A program made the translations under genes and the position numbers. A stretch of DNA of 64,000 nucleotides. Origin: Mobula hypostoma. Taxonomy: Eukaryota. Below are positions 34,843 to 48,016 of the stretch, one piece after another (the first letter of the stretch is position 1; every line of letters begins with the position of its first letter). The notes under the pieces were generated by a model that saw only the letters and a list, made by a program, of their open reading frames with translations, was not told where the DNA came from and searched no databases. The stretch lies in the NCBI RefSeq assembly GCF_963921235.1, contig NC_086106.1, positions 20,026,001-20,090,000 of the forward strand. Direction: 5' to 3'.

Positions 34843-36830
34843 GTGAAAGTGACAAAGATCTCAAGGTCTTCTTCTGCCGTCTCCGGTCTTACTTATTTGG
34901 CAAGGATTCTCCACCCCGCGCCGATGACCCATTCTACCGTCTTCAACCCTGCTCCTCTTCCTGGACATCTCGCCCTGGTCTTCTGCCTGCTCTGGATCTT
35001 TTCATTGCCAGCTGCCGACAGGACATCCTGCCCCACTGAACTCATACCGGCATACCTCAACTCTGTTTTATTCCCCTCTAGTTCAGTCCCTTCCTACCTA
35101 CATCCGTGACACTTCACGCGCTCTCGATCTTTTTCATGATTTCTTATTCCCTGGCCCCGAGCATCTTATTTTCACCATGGATGTCCAGTCCCTATACACC
35201 TCCATCCCCCATCAGGAAGGTCTCAAAGCTGTTCGTTTCTTTTTGGACACCAGACCCAACCAGTTCCCCTCCACCACCGCTCTCTTCTGCCTAGCGGAGT
35301 TTGTCCTCACCCTCAATAATTTCTCCTTTGGCTCCTCCCACTTCCTTCAAACAAAACGGGTAGCCAGGAGCATTCGCATGGGTCCCAGCTATGCCTGCCT
35401 TTTTGTCGGCTACATAGAACAGTCTCTGTTCCAAGCCTACACTGGTCTCACTCCCCAACTTTTCCTACGCTACGTTGACGTCTGTATTGGAGCTGCTTCT
35501 TGTACCCATGTGGAGTTCGTCGACTTCATCAACTGTGCCTTTAACTCCCCCCCCCCCGCCCCACCCGGCCCTCAAGTTTACCTGGTCCATTTCCGACACC
35601 TGCCTCCCCTTTCTCGATCTCTCTGTCTCTATCTCTGGAGACAGCGTATCCACTGACGTCTATCATAAACTCACTGACTTTTACAGCTACCTTTTCCCAA
35701 CCTGTTACTTGTAAAAACGCCATCCCTTTCTCTGAATTCCTCCGTCTCCACCGCATCTGCTCTCATTCCAGAACGGAGGAAATTTCCTCCTTCCTCAAAG
35801 AAAGGGGCTTCCCTTCCTCCATTATCAACACTGCCTTCAACTGCATCTCTTCTATTTCGCTATCTGCTCTCACCCCGTCCTCCCGCTACCCCATCAGGGA
35901 TAGGGTTCCTCTTGTCCTCACCTACCACCCCACCAGAATCCACATGCAGCACATAATTCTTTGAAACTTCCGCCATCAGCACAAAGTACATCTCTCCCCC
36001 CCCACCCCCACTTTCTGTTTTCTGCAAGGATTGCTCCCTACGCAACATCCTTGTCCATTCGTCCCTCCCTACTGATCTCCCTCCTGGCATTTAGCCTTGC
36101 AAATGGAACAGGTGTACGCCCTCCCTCACTACCATTCAGGGCTCCAACTAGTCCTTCCAGGTGAGGCGACACTTCAACTGTGAATCTGTTGAGGCCATCT
36201 ACTGTATCAGGCACTCCCGGTGTGGCCTCGAGTATATCGATGAGACCTGACGTAGATTGGGTGACCGCTTTGCCGAGCACCTACACGTCGGCCGCCGGAA
36301 AAAGCGAGATCTCCCTCCTAGTCCCATTCTGACGTCAATCCATGGCCTCCTCTACCGTTGCGCTGAGGCCACACTCAGGCTGGAGGACCCACACCTTATA
36401 TTCAGTCTGACTAATGACATAAACATCGATTTGTTGAGCTTCCGGTAATGCCCCCACCTCATCATTTCCCACCACTTTATCTCCTTGCCTGGTCATTGTC
36501 TCCATCTGGTGCTCCTGCCCCTTTTTTCTTTCTTACACGACCTTCTGCCCTCTCCTATTAGATTGCCCCTTCTCCAGCCCCGTATCTCGTTCACCAATCA
36601 ACTTCTCAGCACTTTACTTCACTCTTCCCCCCTTCCCATCAACTCGTGTTTCTTCCTCCCCTCCCCCACCTTCTAATTCCAACTCCTCGTTTTTCTCCTT
36701 TCAGTCCTGCTGAAGGGTCTCGGCCCGAAAATACAATACTCTTTTCCATAGATGCTGCCTGACCTGCCGAGTTCCTCTATCATTCTGTGTGTGCCGCTTA
36801 GATTTCCAGCTTCTGCACATTTTCTCTTGT
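34843..36830 (+). mobile_element. Penelope-like element: degenerate RT, GIY-YIG endonuclease and pLTR, in SLC7A7 intron 4
   Basis: MDVQSLYTSIPHQEGL, LTLNNFSFG, MGPSYACLFVG, FLRYVD, PFLDLSVSI...TDVYHK; AIYCIR...YIDET*RRLGDRFAEHL; pLTR with a decayed hammerhead at ~36701-36730. Frameshifts and stops are present. Confidence 0.88.
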
Positions 36831-37799
36831 TAGTGAAAGATAGATTAGATGTATTCGTCACAAAATGATCGAAATAATACCTCGAAACCCATCATTTGCG
36901 TTATCAACCAACACAGGCTGGAGAGGGCGGCGGCCTGCATCTCGCCAAGCTTCCCGCCCCAACATTGCATCATCAGAGCAGCTGCCGCCAACATACAGCA
37001 AGATAGACACAAGAACAACAAAAGAAACCTCATTCTACCCTCCACTCCCGCCGTCGGACTTCACCAGCCCTCATCCTCGGGCTCGCCGACCACGGTCCTC
37101 GACCTTGGGAATGGCAGCTGTTCTTCCTCTGCGCCCGGAGGCAGACAACCTCCAGACAACTGACTGGCGTCGGGCCTCCGGACCGGGACTTCCAATCTCT
37201 CTCTGTGTTTGGTTGAATTTCCACATTGAGTACACACTCGCATAGCTTTTGATTCACTTAGGACGGTTTTCTAATAGGCAGGCGTGCAGTCCTCAGACCA
37301 ACCCGTAAGAGTGGAGGGCCGTGGACATTTTTGCAGTTGCTCGCCTCTTACCGACAACAGCCATTCGTTGACAATACCATGGCACCTTCCAAATATGCCA
37401 CCTACTTCGAACAAAGTGTAATCCGATTTTGATTGACCGAGATCGAGGTTCTGAATGTCTGTCTTTTGCGTTCTCCGCCAAAGTCAGGCAACCTGAGAGG
37501 AGGGTGGAGCACGGAATAAAGGGAAGGTGTGGGGAGAGCAGGGGGAAGTAGTGAGGGCAAGTGTGGGTGATGGGCAGGAAGATAGAGTGAAAGAGGGTAG
37601 AGAGAGAGGACGATGGGAACTGGGATGAGCTGGCTGGATCAAGAGGGGAAAGAGAAAAGGGACATAAGAGGTGGGAAGAGTTTACTGAAGGATGGAGAAT
37701 TTTTGTCCAAGGTCCAGGCGGGATAGTTAGAGCCTGGGCTGGGGGAGGGGGACAGGGCTTGCGGAGTGAGTGGCAGGGACGCGCTGGGCTAAAAACGCC

Positions 37800-37895
37800 C
37801 GGTCTCCGGGTCTCGGCCCGAAACGTCGACTGTTTACTCTTTTCCGTAGATACTGCCTGGCCTGCTGAGTTCCCCTCGCATTCTGTGTGCTAGTC
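37800..37895 (+). mobile_element. Penelope pLTR fragment
   Basis: gggtctcggcccgaaacgtcgactgtttactcttttccgtagatactgcctggcctgctgagttcc. Confidence 0.65.
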
Positions 37896-38442
37896 AGGAG
37901 AAAACTCCGTTTACCCTCGAGAAGCAGCTGTAACACTGCAGCCGCTGCTTGTCGGTCAGATAATCCTTTCCGTTCGAGAGGAACCTCTAGAGTCCATACC
38001 CGTTCATGATAGGATCAGTTGTCCCTGGCAGTTATACCAGGGAGTAGGCAGCGCCTCTCGGCGTCCCGGGACGTGCTGGTATTGCTGGGAGCTGTGGAGG
38101 GTCCTGAGTGAAGTGGGAGTCTCGATGGGTTTTACTCCTCTGCTAACCTCAGGCGTTCCCGCTCTGCTGCAGTTCCTCCATGATCCGTTTGTAACCCTGC
38201 TGTCAACCTCCTCTCCTTCCCTCCACCCCTCCCTTGTCTTCCCTCTCTCCTCTCCCTTCCCTTCCACCTTCCCCTCCCCCTCCTTCTTCCGTCCCCTTCC
38301 ACTCCCTCCTTCCACCATCCCCTCCTCCCACCAACCTCTGCCCCTCTCCTCCCACCCTCCCCTCCTACCCTCTCCCTCCCCTCTCCTACCCTCCCCCTCT
38401 CCTCTTCCTTCCCATCCTCCTCCACTCCCTTCATCCCCACAG

Positions 38443-38546
38443 ACGTTCGCCGACCAGATCTTTGGAATCTTTAACTGGACCATAATGGTGGCCGTCGGCC
38501 TGTCCTGTTTTGGAGGTCTCAACGCCTCCATCCTCGCCGCCTCCAG
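38443..38546 (+). CDS. SLC7A7: SLC7A7 coding exon 5
   Basis: 104 nt; [35 protein letters not shown]; ag|gtaaac. Confidence 0.95.
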
Positions 38547-38829
38547 GTAAACCACGGCAGCCGTTTCCCCAGCAACCTACACTGAAGTGCTCAGGAACAA
38601 TTTGGGGAGCTGGAAGGAGGTGGTAGCGGGGACCAGGCGCCCTTGGCTACGTGAGAAGGGAGGGGACGACTTCACAAGATGGTGTTGTCCAGTCGGAACC
38701 AGCTCACCGAACTGAACGTCTGAATGTCCAGGAAGAGGGGGAGTGGTGTGGAGTCTGGGGGCTGGGAATGGTGTGGGGTTTGGGGGCTGCTGGTGGTGGG
38801 TGCCCCGGGGTGGGCCAATGACTGCCTGG

Positions 38830-40265
38830 AAATGTCCTAGAACTGATGTCCAAGTTAGATGATAATGTGGTCAACTGGATCGGCAAATTTGCAGATGACA
38901 CCAAAATATGGGGAATTGTGGGCAGTGAGGAAGGCTGGCAAAACTTTCGCTGTGCTCTGGAACAGTTGGGAAAATGGTAGGTGGAATTTAATGCAGACAG
39001 GTGTGAGGTGTTGCATTTTGGGACCCCAAACCAGGGTAGTTCTTACACAGTGAATGGCAGGGTACTCAGATGTGCGATGGAACAAAGTGATGTAGGAATA
39101 TAAATATATAATTTCTCACAGGTAGATAGTACGGTTGTAAATGAAGCTTTTGGCACATTGGTTTTCACACTTAAGGGTATTGAGTACATGAGTAGGAATG
39201 TTTTGAAGTTGTAAAGATCAAGGTTCCAAGTAAAATTTATCATCAGAGTACATACGGGACACCACATACAACCCCGAGATTCTTTTGCTGCAGGCAAGTC
39301 TTTAAACAGGATTAATTTCCACAGCTGGCTGTAAGGAGTTTGTACGATCTACCGGTGACCGCGTGGCTTTCCTCTGGGTGCTCCGGTTTCCTCCCACAGT
39401 CCAAAGAAGTACCAGTTCGTAGGTTAATTGGTCATTGTAACTTGTCCCGTGATTAGGCTAAAGTTAAGTCAGGAGTTACTTGACGTCGTGGCTCGAAGGG
39501 CTGGAAGGGCCTACTCCATGCTGATTGTCAATTAAAAAAAATGGACAACAAATTGTGCATATGCAGATATAAACAAATAGCAATAAATAATGAGCATGGC
39601 CCGGGTGACGAGGACCTTTGATTGCGGATTGCTTTTCTACAGCAACATTTCATGTAGATGGGTTCAACAGTTAGGAGGGCTTTACCTGTGATGTACTGAG
39701 CAGAATCCCATACCTTTTGTAGGATTTTTCACTCAAAGGCATTGGTGGTCCCATACAAGGGATACAAGATGCTGGTGGGGCTGAACTTTGAGTATTGCCT
39801 GCAATCCTGGTTAATAAGCTTGAAAGAGTGCTGCAAAAATTTCCAAGGATGTTGCCTTTTCTTGAGGACCTGAGTTATAAGGGAAAGGTTGAATAAGGCA
39901 CTCCGTGGAGAGAAGAAGAATGAGCTGATCCTATTGAGCTATGCAAAATAATGAGGGGTACAGATAGGGTGAATGCATGCAGGCTTTTCTCTCTTAGATT
40001 GGATGGCACTAGAATTAGAAGTCATAGTTTTGGATGAAAGGTGGAATGTTTAAGGGAGTTCTGTTGGGACGGGGCACTTCTTCACTGAGAGGGTGGTGCA
40101 AATGTTGAACAAGTAGCCGGCGGAAGTGGTAGATATGGGTTCACTTGTAACATTTAAGGGAAGTTTGGATGAGGGGGATGAGGAAGTCTATGGTCCAGGC
40201 GCAGGTAGATAGATCTATGCAAATTGCCAGGCTGGCCTGGACTAGATGGCTGTAGTGCTCTATGA
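38830..40265 (+). mobile_element. CR1 fragment with nested LINE tail and V-SINE
   Basis: Decayed KFADDTK RT motif at ~38885-38905; CR1 3' end at ~39770-40265. Confidence 0.7.
39308..39540 (+). mobile_element. V-SINE
   Basis: gcgtggctttcctctgggtgctccggtttcctcccacagtccaaaga core. Confidence 0.8.
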
Positions 40266-41249
40266 TACTCTGCCCTTACCCTGGAAGTGGCTGGAGGGAA
40301 GTTAAGGGTGGGCAGTGTCAAAATCCAAGGATTAACAGAGGAGCTTCAATGCTCCCGGAATTGCCTGGAAGGCTCCCAGCCTCCCCGATTTCTCACGCCA
40401 CTGCCTTATGCACAGATTTCCGGTCCCTCCCTTTGCTGGTGACCCGTTGCGTTTTGTACAAGTTAGCTGCACCAGGTTCCTCCGGAGCTCATCATTGCCT
40501 CAGCACATCAGAGCTGTGGGTAGCTCCGGTCACCCATCCACGGGGTTGGGATGTAACTGAACTTCATTCCACTGAGATGCAGCACTGAGCATCATAGGAA
40601 GTCATTCCTGCCTGTGGCCATCAAACTTTACAACTCCTCCCTTGGAGGGTCAGACATCCTGAGCCAATAGGCTGGTCCTGGACTTATTTCATAATTTACT
40701 GGCATAATTTACATATTACTATTTAACTATTTATGGTTCTATTACTATTTATTATTTATGGAGCAACTGTAACGAAAACTAATTTCCCCCGGGATTAATA
40801 AAGTATGACTATGACTAACTTGCGAGGGTGCCGAGGAGATTCACCGGGATGTTACTGGCACTGGAGGGCTTGTGTTATATGGAGAGACTGAACAGGCTAG
40901 GACCTTTTCCCTGGAGCAGGTGGCTGAGGGGTGAACTTGCACAGGCTGATAAATCTATGAGGGGCAGAAACAAGATGGATGGTCACAGTCATCCCAGGGT
41001 AGGAGTCTAAAATTAGGGGGTTATGGAGAAAACAAGATAGAGTAGACATAGAGAGGACACTTCCATCAGTGGGAGATTGTAGGATCCAAGGGCATAGCCT
41101 CAGAAGGAAGGGACCTCCCTTTGGATAGGTAGATGGATACATGCTTCATTGATCTCAAAGGAAATTACAGTGTCACAGTAGCATTACAAGTGCACAGGTA
41201 TACAAATGTTTGAAGAGAAGTAAGAAAGAATAAAAAATGTTTTTTTGAA

Positions 41250-42237
41250 GATAAGATGTACAAGATTTACAAGGCAAAGATGACAAGATTTACAAGTTCA
41301 TACTGATAAGATGGTAGAGCAAGAATTACTGTAATATTATACATTAATGGGTGCACATTCACACTGTACAGATAAAAAGTGATGGCAGTATTGCACAAGG
41401 TGTCCATGATAGCAGGGTGTGGTAAACAGAGGTAAATAACAGTCCAACGGGCGGGGGGGGGGGGGGTCTTCACTTCCCCAGCTGTAGGTTGGCTCATTAT
41501 AGAGGCCAATTGCCGAAGGTAAGAATGACCTTAGATGGCGCTCTTTGGATCTTAGTCTATTACTAAAAGTGCTCCTTTGTTCAGCCAAGGTGGCATGCAG
41601 AGGGTGAGATACATTGTCCAGAGTTGCCAGGATTTTCAGGAGGGTTCTTTGTTCTACCACAGCCTCCAGTAGTACCCAGTCTGACTCCTATAACAGAGCC
41701 TGCCTTTTCTAATCAGTTTATTTAGCCTGTTGGCATCATCCCTGTTGATGCCATTGCCTCAGCACACCAGCACACAGAAGATTGTAGTGCCAACAATAGA
41801 CTTGTAGAACATGTGAAGGAGTGGCCTGCATACTGAGGAAGTAGAGGCAACTTGTACACAGCCTCTGTGTTGGTGCTTCATTCAAGTCTGTCATCCAGGT
41901 GTATCGCTAAGTACTTACCACATCCACATCCTCACCATTGATAGTAACAGGGAGCAGTCCAGGCTTGGTCTTCCTAAAGTCCATCAACATCTCCTTTGTC
42001 TAGCTGATGTTGAGCTGCAGATGATTCAGCTTGCCTCATTTGACAAAGTCCTCCACCTCTTTCATCCTCCCATCCGCCCTTTATACACCCAACTACTGCT
42101 GAATCGTCAGAGAATTTCTGCAGATGACTTGACTCAAGAGTTGTATCTGAAGTCTGAGGTATACAGGGTAAAGAGGAATGGAGCCAATACAGTTCCCAAT
42201 GGTGTCCCAGTGCTGCTTGAAGCCATGTCTGACACAA
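41250..42237 (-). mobile_element. Rex1/Babar-like LINE, 3' part of the RT ORF
   Basis: Minus strand: SSTGTPLGTVLAPFLFTLYTSDF, LQKFSDDSAVVGCI, LDNVSHPLH, RSFLPSAIGLYN. Confidence 0.8.
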
Positions 42238-43139
42238 GGTTCTTTAGAACTGAGACGAGGAGTAATTTTTTTCGGCCGGAGGTGGTGAACCTGCAGAATT
42301 CATGGCTACAGAGCGCCGTGGAGGCTGTCATCAGGTGTGTTCAAGGCAGTTCAATACTTTCTTGATTGCTAGGAAAGTTCAGGGTCGGGGAAAAATGAGC
42401 TGTGATTGAATGGGAGAGCAGACTCGATGTGGTGAATGGCCTAATTCTGTTTTTATTTCTTATGGTCTCGAGGTGGTCCTGAGAGACAATGTTTTCACAC
42501 AGAAGGTGCTGAGTCTTATGGAACGAGTTGCAAGAGGAAGTGTTAGAGACGGGTACAATGATAATGTTTAAAAGTTTTGAGAGATGTGGGCTAAACCCAG
42601 GCAAATAAGATTAGATAAGCTGGTCATTCTGGAGCACGTGGACTGGTTGGGCTGAAGAGTTTTTTCCCTAAGGTTTGACTATGAGAAGGTGGTCCCTTCA
42701 TATAGGCTGGAGAGAGGGGGATCTTCTTATCCAATCATTCCAGATGCCAAAGGGATTGGAGATGAGAGACATTCAGGGTCATGAGGAAGGGGTCATGGTT
42801 TCAAATAGCCAGCACCTTCTATTGTTGTTGAGGTGCTGAGAAATGTCTTCTCTCAGAGGACGTGAACCTCTGGAATCCTGCTGGAGGCCAGAATGTCGGA
42901 TTTAATGTGGGTGGAGAACATTTGACAGACGGAGGAACTCAGGGCTCTGGGGAACTGCCACTGAGTTTGAGTGGATGGATCAGCCATAATCAGACTGAGT
43001 GGCCGGACAGGGTTGAGTTGGTGCACAATTTATTTATTTTGTAAATTCTAGTAATTTTATGTCTTTGCACCATGCTGCTGCTGCTGCAAAACGACTAATT
43101 TCAAGCCACACAAGGTGGTGCCGATAAACCTGGTTCCTG

Positions 43140-43640
43140 ATCCCTGCTTTTTAATTAGGTCTATCCTAATTGAAGCCGTCCAGCCCTGGCAATATTCTCG
43201 TACATCTCTTCTCCGCCCTCTCCAGCTTAGTGACCAACTCCCGACAGCCCGGGCCACCGGAACCACACACAACACTCAAGGCGTAGTCTGACCTTTGCAA
43301 CAGGACGTCCTGACTCCTGCACTCAGTCGCTTGACTTGCGAAGGAAGGTGTGTCAAATGCCTCCCTCAACACTCTGCTTCCCTGTATCACCACTTTCCAG
43401 GACCTGTGCCCCTAAGCCTCCATGTTCTACAACACACCCAGGGCCCTCCTGTTAACTGTGTAATTGTGCCTCAGTCTACTTCACCAAAATGCAACACTAG
43501 TTACATACCATTTGCTGTTCTGTGGACCACTTTCCAATTTGGCGTCGATCCCCTGTGGAAACTTTGATAACTCTGTTCACTATCCACTGTACCACTGATT
43601 TTGGCGTTGTCTGCCTTAACTTACAATCCAAGTTAACATC
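43140..43640 (-). mobile_element. Old CR1 fragment
   Basis: KLERAEKRCTRILPGLDGFN-like remnant. Confidence 0.6.
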
Positions 43641-44183
43641 ATCATCCCAGGAACTAGGCCGATGAATCTCCTGTAGGGTTCCTCCAGTGGTACCATCTAT
43701 TTCTGTCAGGCGTCATAGCTGTCCGCAGTATTCTTGATGTGGTCTTGTCAGTGTACTTGTGACTGAAAAAACTCCTTTAATGCATCAGAGTGCTGGAGAC
43801 CTGGACAGTCCCGCCTTCTGCCCCGTCCATCTGGCGTTTGCACCTTCGCCCCGTGATCATGTGCCTTCTCCCTCCACATCCTCCAGTATCCTGGCTCTGG
43901 CTCTCTCCCACAACTCAGAGACTTCGGGACGGTGGGGTAATTGCCCTCTAAGTTTCCGCTCCCCCACCCCCACATGTTGGAGAGGGGTGGATTTTGGGGT
44001 GCGGTTGTGCAGACTGGGGTCAGCCGAGGAATAGTGTAAGTGAGTGACTGCAGTTAGTGTAGCCTCGATGAGCCACAGGGCCTGTTTCCATCAGCTAGGC
44101 TCAGCTGCCTTCCCCAGACTGGCTGGGTGGTAGTGGTAGGAGGGGGGACAAACCTGGGCATTCACTTCTCTTCCACCACACAG

Positions 44184-44280
44184 GCTGTTCTTCGTGGGAT
44201 CGCGGGAAGGTCATCTCCCGGATGCGCTCAGCATGATCCACCTGGAGAGGTTCACGCCCGTCCCAGCGCTGATCTTCAAT
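44184..44280 (+). CDS. SLC7A7: SLC7A7 coding exon 6
   Basis: 97 nt; [32 protein letters not shown]; gtgagt donor. Confidence 0.95.
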
Positions 44281-45099
44281 GTGAGTGGGGGAGGGTGGGG
44301 TATTGAACTTTCCCCTCTGACCTCAGCACTCACCTCACACTTCTTCCATCCGCTCCCCATCCACATTCCACCTCATGGCCTCAGTAACCCCCAACTGATT
44401 AACCCCACCCTCCAAATTCCTCCCTCCCCTCCCCTCACTACCCTCCCACCTCAACATTCCCACACTCCACACCATCCCACAGCTCCATGCTGCTCTCCCA
44501 TCCTCCGTCCCTCCCACAAAGCAGAGATGCGCAGGACTCTGGGGTAAACTTTCTGCCATACCTTCCATCCCCTTCTTATCCCCAACTCCCACATACCTCC
44601 TCCCACCTTCCTACACCTCTCTTCCGCCCCTCCCTCACCTCCCATCTATCACTCGCTGCTCACACACTCCTCCCCACCCTCCTGCCCATCCCCATCCTTC
44701 CACACACCCTCAAAACCAACCTACAACTCCCTCTCCCACAACTCTCTCCCTTTCCCATCCGCCTCGCACTCTCTTCCTTCCCCTCCACTCCTCACTCACA
44801 TCTTCTATCCCTCTGAAAGCTCCTTATCCTCCGTCGCCACCTTCTAAACCCACCCTTCCCACACCTCCCACCTCCCTCCCCTCCTCACACTTCCCACCTT
44901 CCTCCCCTTCTCTTCCCACATCTCCCACCTCCCTCACTCCCATCTATAGATCCTCTCAACTTCCCATAACCACTCCACCCTACATCTTCCTACACCCACT
45001 CCCCCACCCCTCCCCACCTTACCTTCTCTCTCTGCCTCCCACACACTTCCCTCTAGATGCCCAGCATCTCTTCAATTCCCCCGCGCCCCCCCACAAGAG

Positions 45100-45235
45100 C
45101 ATGTGACAGCAGCTTTAGTCTGTGTCAGATCCCCGGGAGTGTGTGACGTGATAGCATGCGTGGAGCCTCATTCTGTGTCTGACCCCGAGAGTGCGTGACG
45201 GGACAGTGTAGAGGGAGCCTCAACCTGTGTCTGTC
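45100..45235 (+). repeat. Second cluster of the ~50-bp minisatellite family
   Basis: ctgtgtcagatccccgggagtgtgtgacg... / ctgtgtctgaccccgagagtgcgtgacggg... / ctgtgtctg. Confidence 0.65.
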
Positions 45236-45282
45236 CCAACTTTGAGAGGGCTAATGCTGAGGAAGGCTCCCTGCCATTACAG

Positions 45283-45432
45283 GGAGCCATGGCGTGTGTC
45301 TACCTCTGTGTGGAGGACATCTTCCAGCTTATCAACTACTACAGCTTCAGCTACTGGCTCTTCGTGGGGCTCTCCATCGCCGGGCAGCTGTACCTGAGGT
45401 GGAAAGAGCCTAACCGCCCCCGCCCGCTGAAG
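45283..45432 (+). CDS. SLC7A7: SLC7A7 coding exon 7
   Basis: 150 nt; [50 protein letters not shown]; gtaggt donor. Confidence 0.95.
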
Positions 45433-46004
45433 GTAGGTGTATGTGTGTCTGCAGCTGGGGGGAGGTCTCGTGGTCCATGTTCTCTGGGATAGGGTAACAT
45501 GGCTACTCTCACGGTCCCCATGCCCTGGGGAATATTTATATTGTGCTGTCCCAAAGCCCATCACACATACTCCAGAAGTCTGGGAACGAGAGGGGAGGTG
45601 TCTGCATGAGAGGAACCCACAGAGCACTGGAGGCCATGGTCCCAAATGGGCTGAGATTGGGTCAGGGTGAGATAGGGTGTGCTGCCTCTCCATTCCTCCT
45701 CATCGCCTCCTCCTTGCTCCTCCTGCAGCACTCCATCTCTCCCCGCTGCCCCACCGGTGACACCACCCGTGCTGGGTGTCAGAGTTATCCCGATGTCACA
45801 GATTACAATGCGGGCTCTCTGACCATTCCCACCACCCCGGACCCTTCTTGGTCGGGCTGTGCTGTTGCCGTGGCCCACGTCCGCACTTCCTTGCATCTGC
45901 CCCAGTTCTCCTTGCACCTTCCTCCCTGGGGTAGTGGCTACTCGACACCGAGCGGCTTCGCGCGGGGCTCTTTTCCAGCATCAGCTCTGTGTGTCTGCCC
46001 ACAG

Positions 46005-46188
46005 CTCAGCCTCTTCTTCCCCATCATCTTCTGCCTCTGCACCATCTTCCTGGTGGCCGTCCCTCTCTACAGCGACACCATCAACTCACTGATCGGGATT
46101 GGGATCGCACTGTCTGGAGTTCCCTTCTATTTCCTGGGGGTTTACCTGCCTGAACACAAGAGACCTACGTTTCTCCGCGACATCCTAG
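46005..46188 (+). CDS. SLC7A7: SLC7A7 coding exon 8
   Basis: 184 nt; [61 protein letters not shown]; g|gtaatg. Confidence 0.95.
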
Positions 46189-46383
46189 GTAATGTTCGTT
46201 GCGCGCCTCGCCGTTTGTTGGTTTGTGTAGGTTCTGAGTCTCCCCATTTCGTCAGAAGCAGGGCTCTGATTTTCCGATGTGCCGGGAGTGCGGCGCTGGT
46301 GTCCTCATCCCACCAGAAGCACAGTGACAGTTCTTGTCTCCTAATCATCATAATTTCATGAGGATTGTCTGTGAGGGTGAAAA

Positions 46384-46790
46384 GTGGGAAGGGGCTAGGA
46401 CCATTGAAATTGGCGTGGGAAGGGGCTCGGTCCATTAGGATTGGAGGGGGAAGGGGAGTTGGGACCGTTGGGATTGGAGTGGGAAGGGGGAAGTTGGGAC
46501 CATTAGGTTTGGAGTGGGAAGGGTGATTGAGACCATTGGGATTGGAGTGGGAAGGGGTGGGGACCATTGGGCTTGGAGTGAGAAGTGGGGTTGGGACCTC
46601 TGTGACTAGAGTGGGACTGGGACCATTGGGATTGGAATGGGAAGGGGCTGGGTCCTTTGGAAATGGAGTGGGAAGGGCTGTTGGAACCATTGAGATTGAA
46701 GTGGAAAAGGGTTGAGACCATTGTAAATCATAGGGACAGGCTGTATTTTGGGAAGGGGCTTGACCCATTAGGAATCAATGGGACAGGCTG
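46384..46790 (+). repeat. ~31-35-bp G-rich minisatellite (GGGAAGGGGCTGGGACCATTGGGATTGGAGT), about 12 copies, in SLC7A7 intron 8
   Basis: Read directly. Confidence 0.9.
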
Positions 46791-46874
46791 TCTTCAGGGA
46801 ACTCCTCCCTGTCTGGGTTCCTCCAGCAATAACACCACCTCTGCTACCTCTCTCCCAACCCACACCCCTCCCAG

Positions 46875-46978
46875 CCTCCTTCACCAGGTACACCCAGCTC
46901 ATATGCTACTGTGTGCTGACCGAGATGGATTCGGGGGACACAGCAGTGGACACGGCCAGTGAGAGGAAGTCGCTCTGA
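46875..46978 (+). CDS. SLC7A7: SLC7A7 coding exon 9 (terminal)
   Basis: ccag|cc; ASFTRYTQLICYCVLTEMDSGDTAVDTASERKSL followed by TGA. Confidence 0.92.
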
Positions 46979-48016
46979 GCCCATCACCGGGCTGGGGCAG
47001 TGACTGGGAATGGGAGAGGTGCAGCAGTTTGGCTGAGGGACTGAGGAGCACATCGCACGTTGCCCCGGGATCATTGGGAATGGAGTCGTTGGCAGGGAGA
47101 GTTCCCCTCACGGCTCCCATTCCTCGAACAAAGCAGTGAACTCACCGCCGCTCCTCTCCCGCATCCACCTGAGTAGACTGGATCCTAATCTCCAGGGAAT
47201 GGACCTATGTAGGGTGTCGGGGCAGAGTATTCTAGACTCCAGGGCTCTGCTTGGTTTTACCCTTCCTGCTCCCACCCTTTTCTCCTTCAAAGTTTACCCC
47301 CCCGCCCATCTCCTGATTCCCCACCACTCCCTCCCCAACCCAGCGCTTGGTACGCTCTCGGCCCACCACCTGACGCAGCGAGGGAGGAGCTAAGGTTGGG
47401 GTGTGGAAGCAAATCCGCTACCCCTGCCCCCATGTCATCTGAATCCTCTCGTCGATCACGTTATCTCTGTCACATCCCCTCCCTCTTCCTTTCCTCCGGC
47501 ACACCCTCCCTTCCCACTCTCGCCCCCTTTCGCCTATGCCGTCTCCTATTCTCCCTTCCCTCCCACCCTTCTCTTTTCCCCTTCTCAACCCCCACTTCCA
47601 CCCTCCCCCTTTCCCACTTCCCTCACCCACTCTCCCTTTGGTTTCTTTCCCATCCCTTTGCTTTATCCAGCCGTTCCCACTTCTTAACCCTTCCTCCCTT
47701 TGTAACCCCCCCCCTTCCTCCTCCCAGTTCTTTTCCTGGTTTGCCTCTACCTTGCCCTCACTGGTGGCTGGGCAAAGACTTGCAAATGGACCTTGTGATC
47801 CCACATGGCCAGACCGCAGGGCGGGGTCTAATTCTCCGCCGTGACCAAAGAGGGGTCAAGGGGGATGGCTCAGCTCCTCCTCCTCCCTTCAGATCCCGAG
47901 TTCCGGCCACCGGACCCCAGGCAAGGCTGACTGATAGACTGAGCGGAGCTCGGGGCCCAGTAGCAACTACTGACAATCACATTAATGATGTAAATTATGG
48001 CTTCTATAACCACACA

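Noticed and set aside
45543-46361. 272-aa ORF as a single coding unit
   Set aside because: Only 46005-46188 is transporter-like and bounded by splice sites; the rest is intron read-through.
31544-46978. Calling the transporter SLC7A6 (y+LAT2)
   Set aside because: Most diagnostic segments ([47 protein letters not shown]) and the MRPL52/OXA1L neighbours match SLC7A7.
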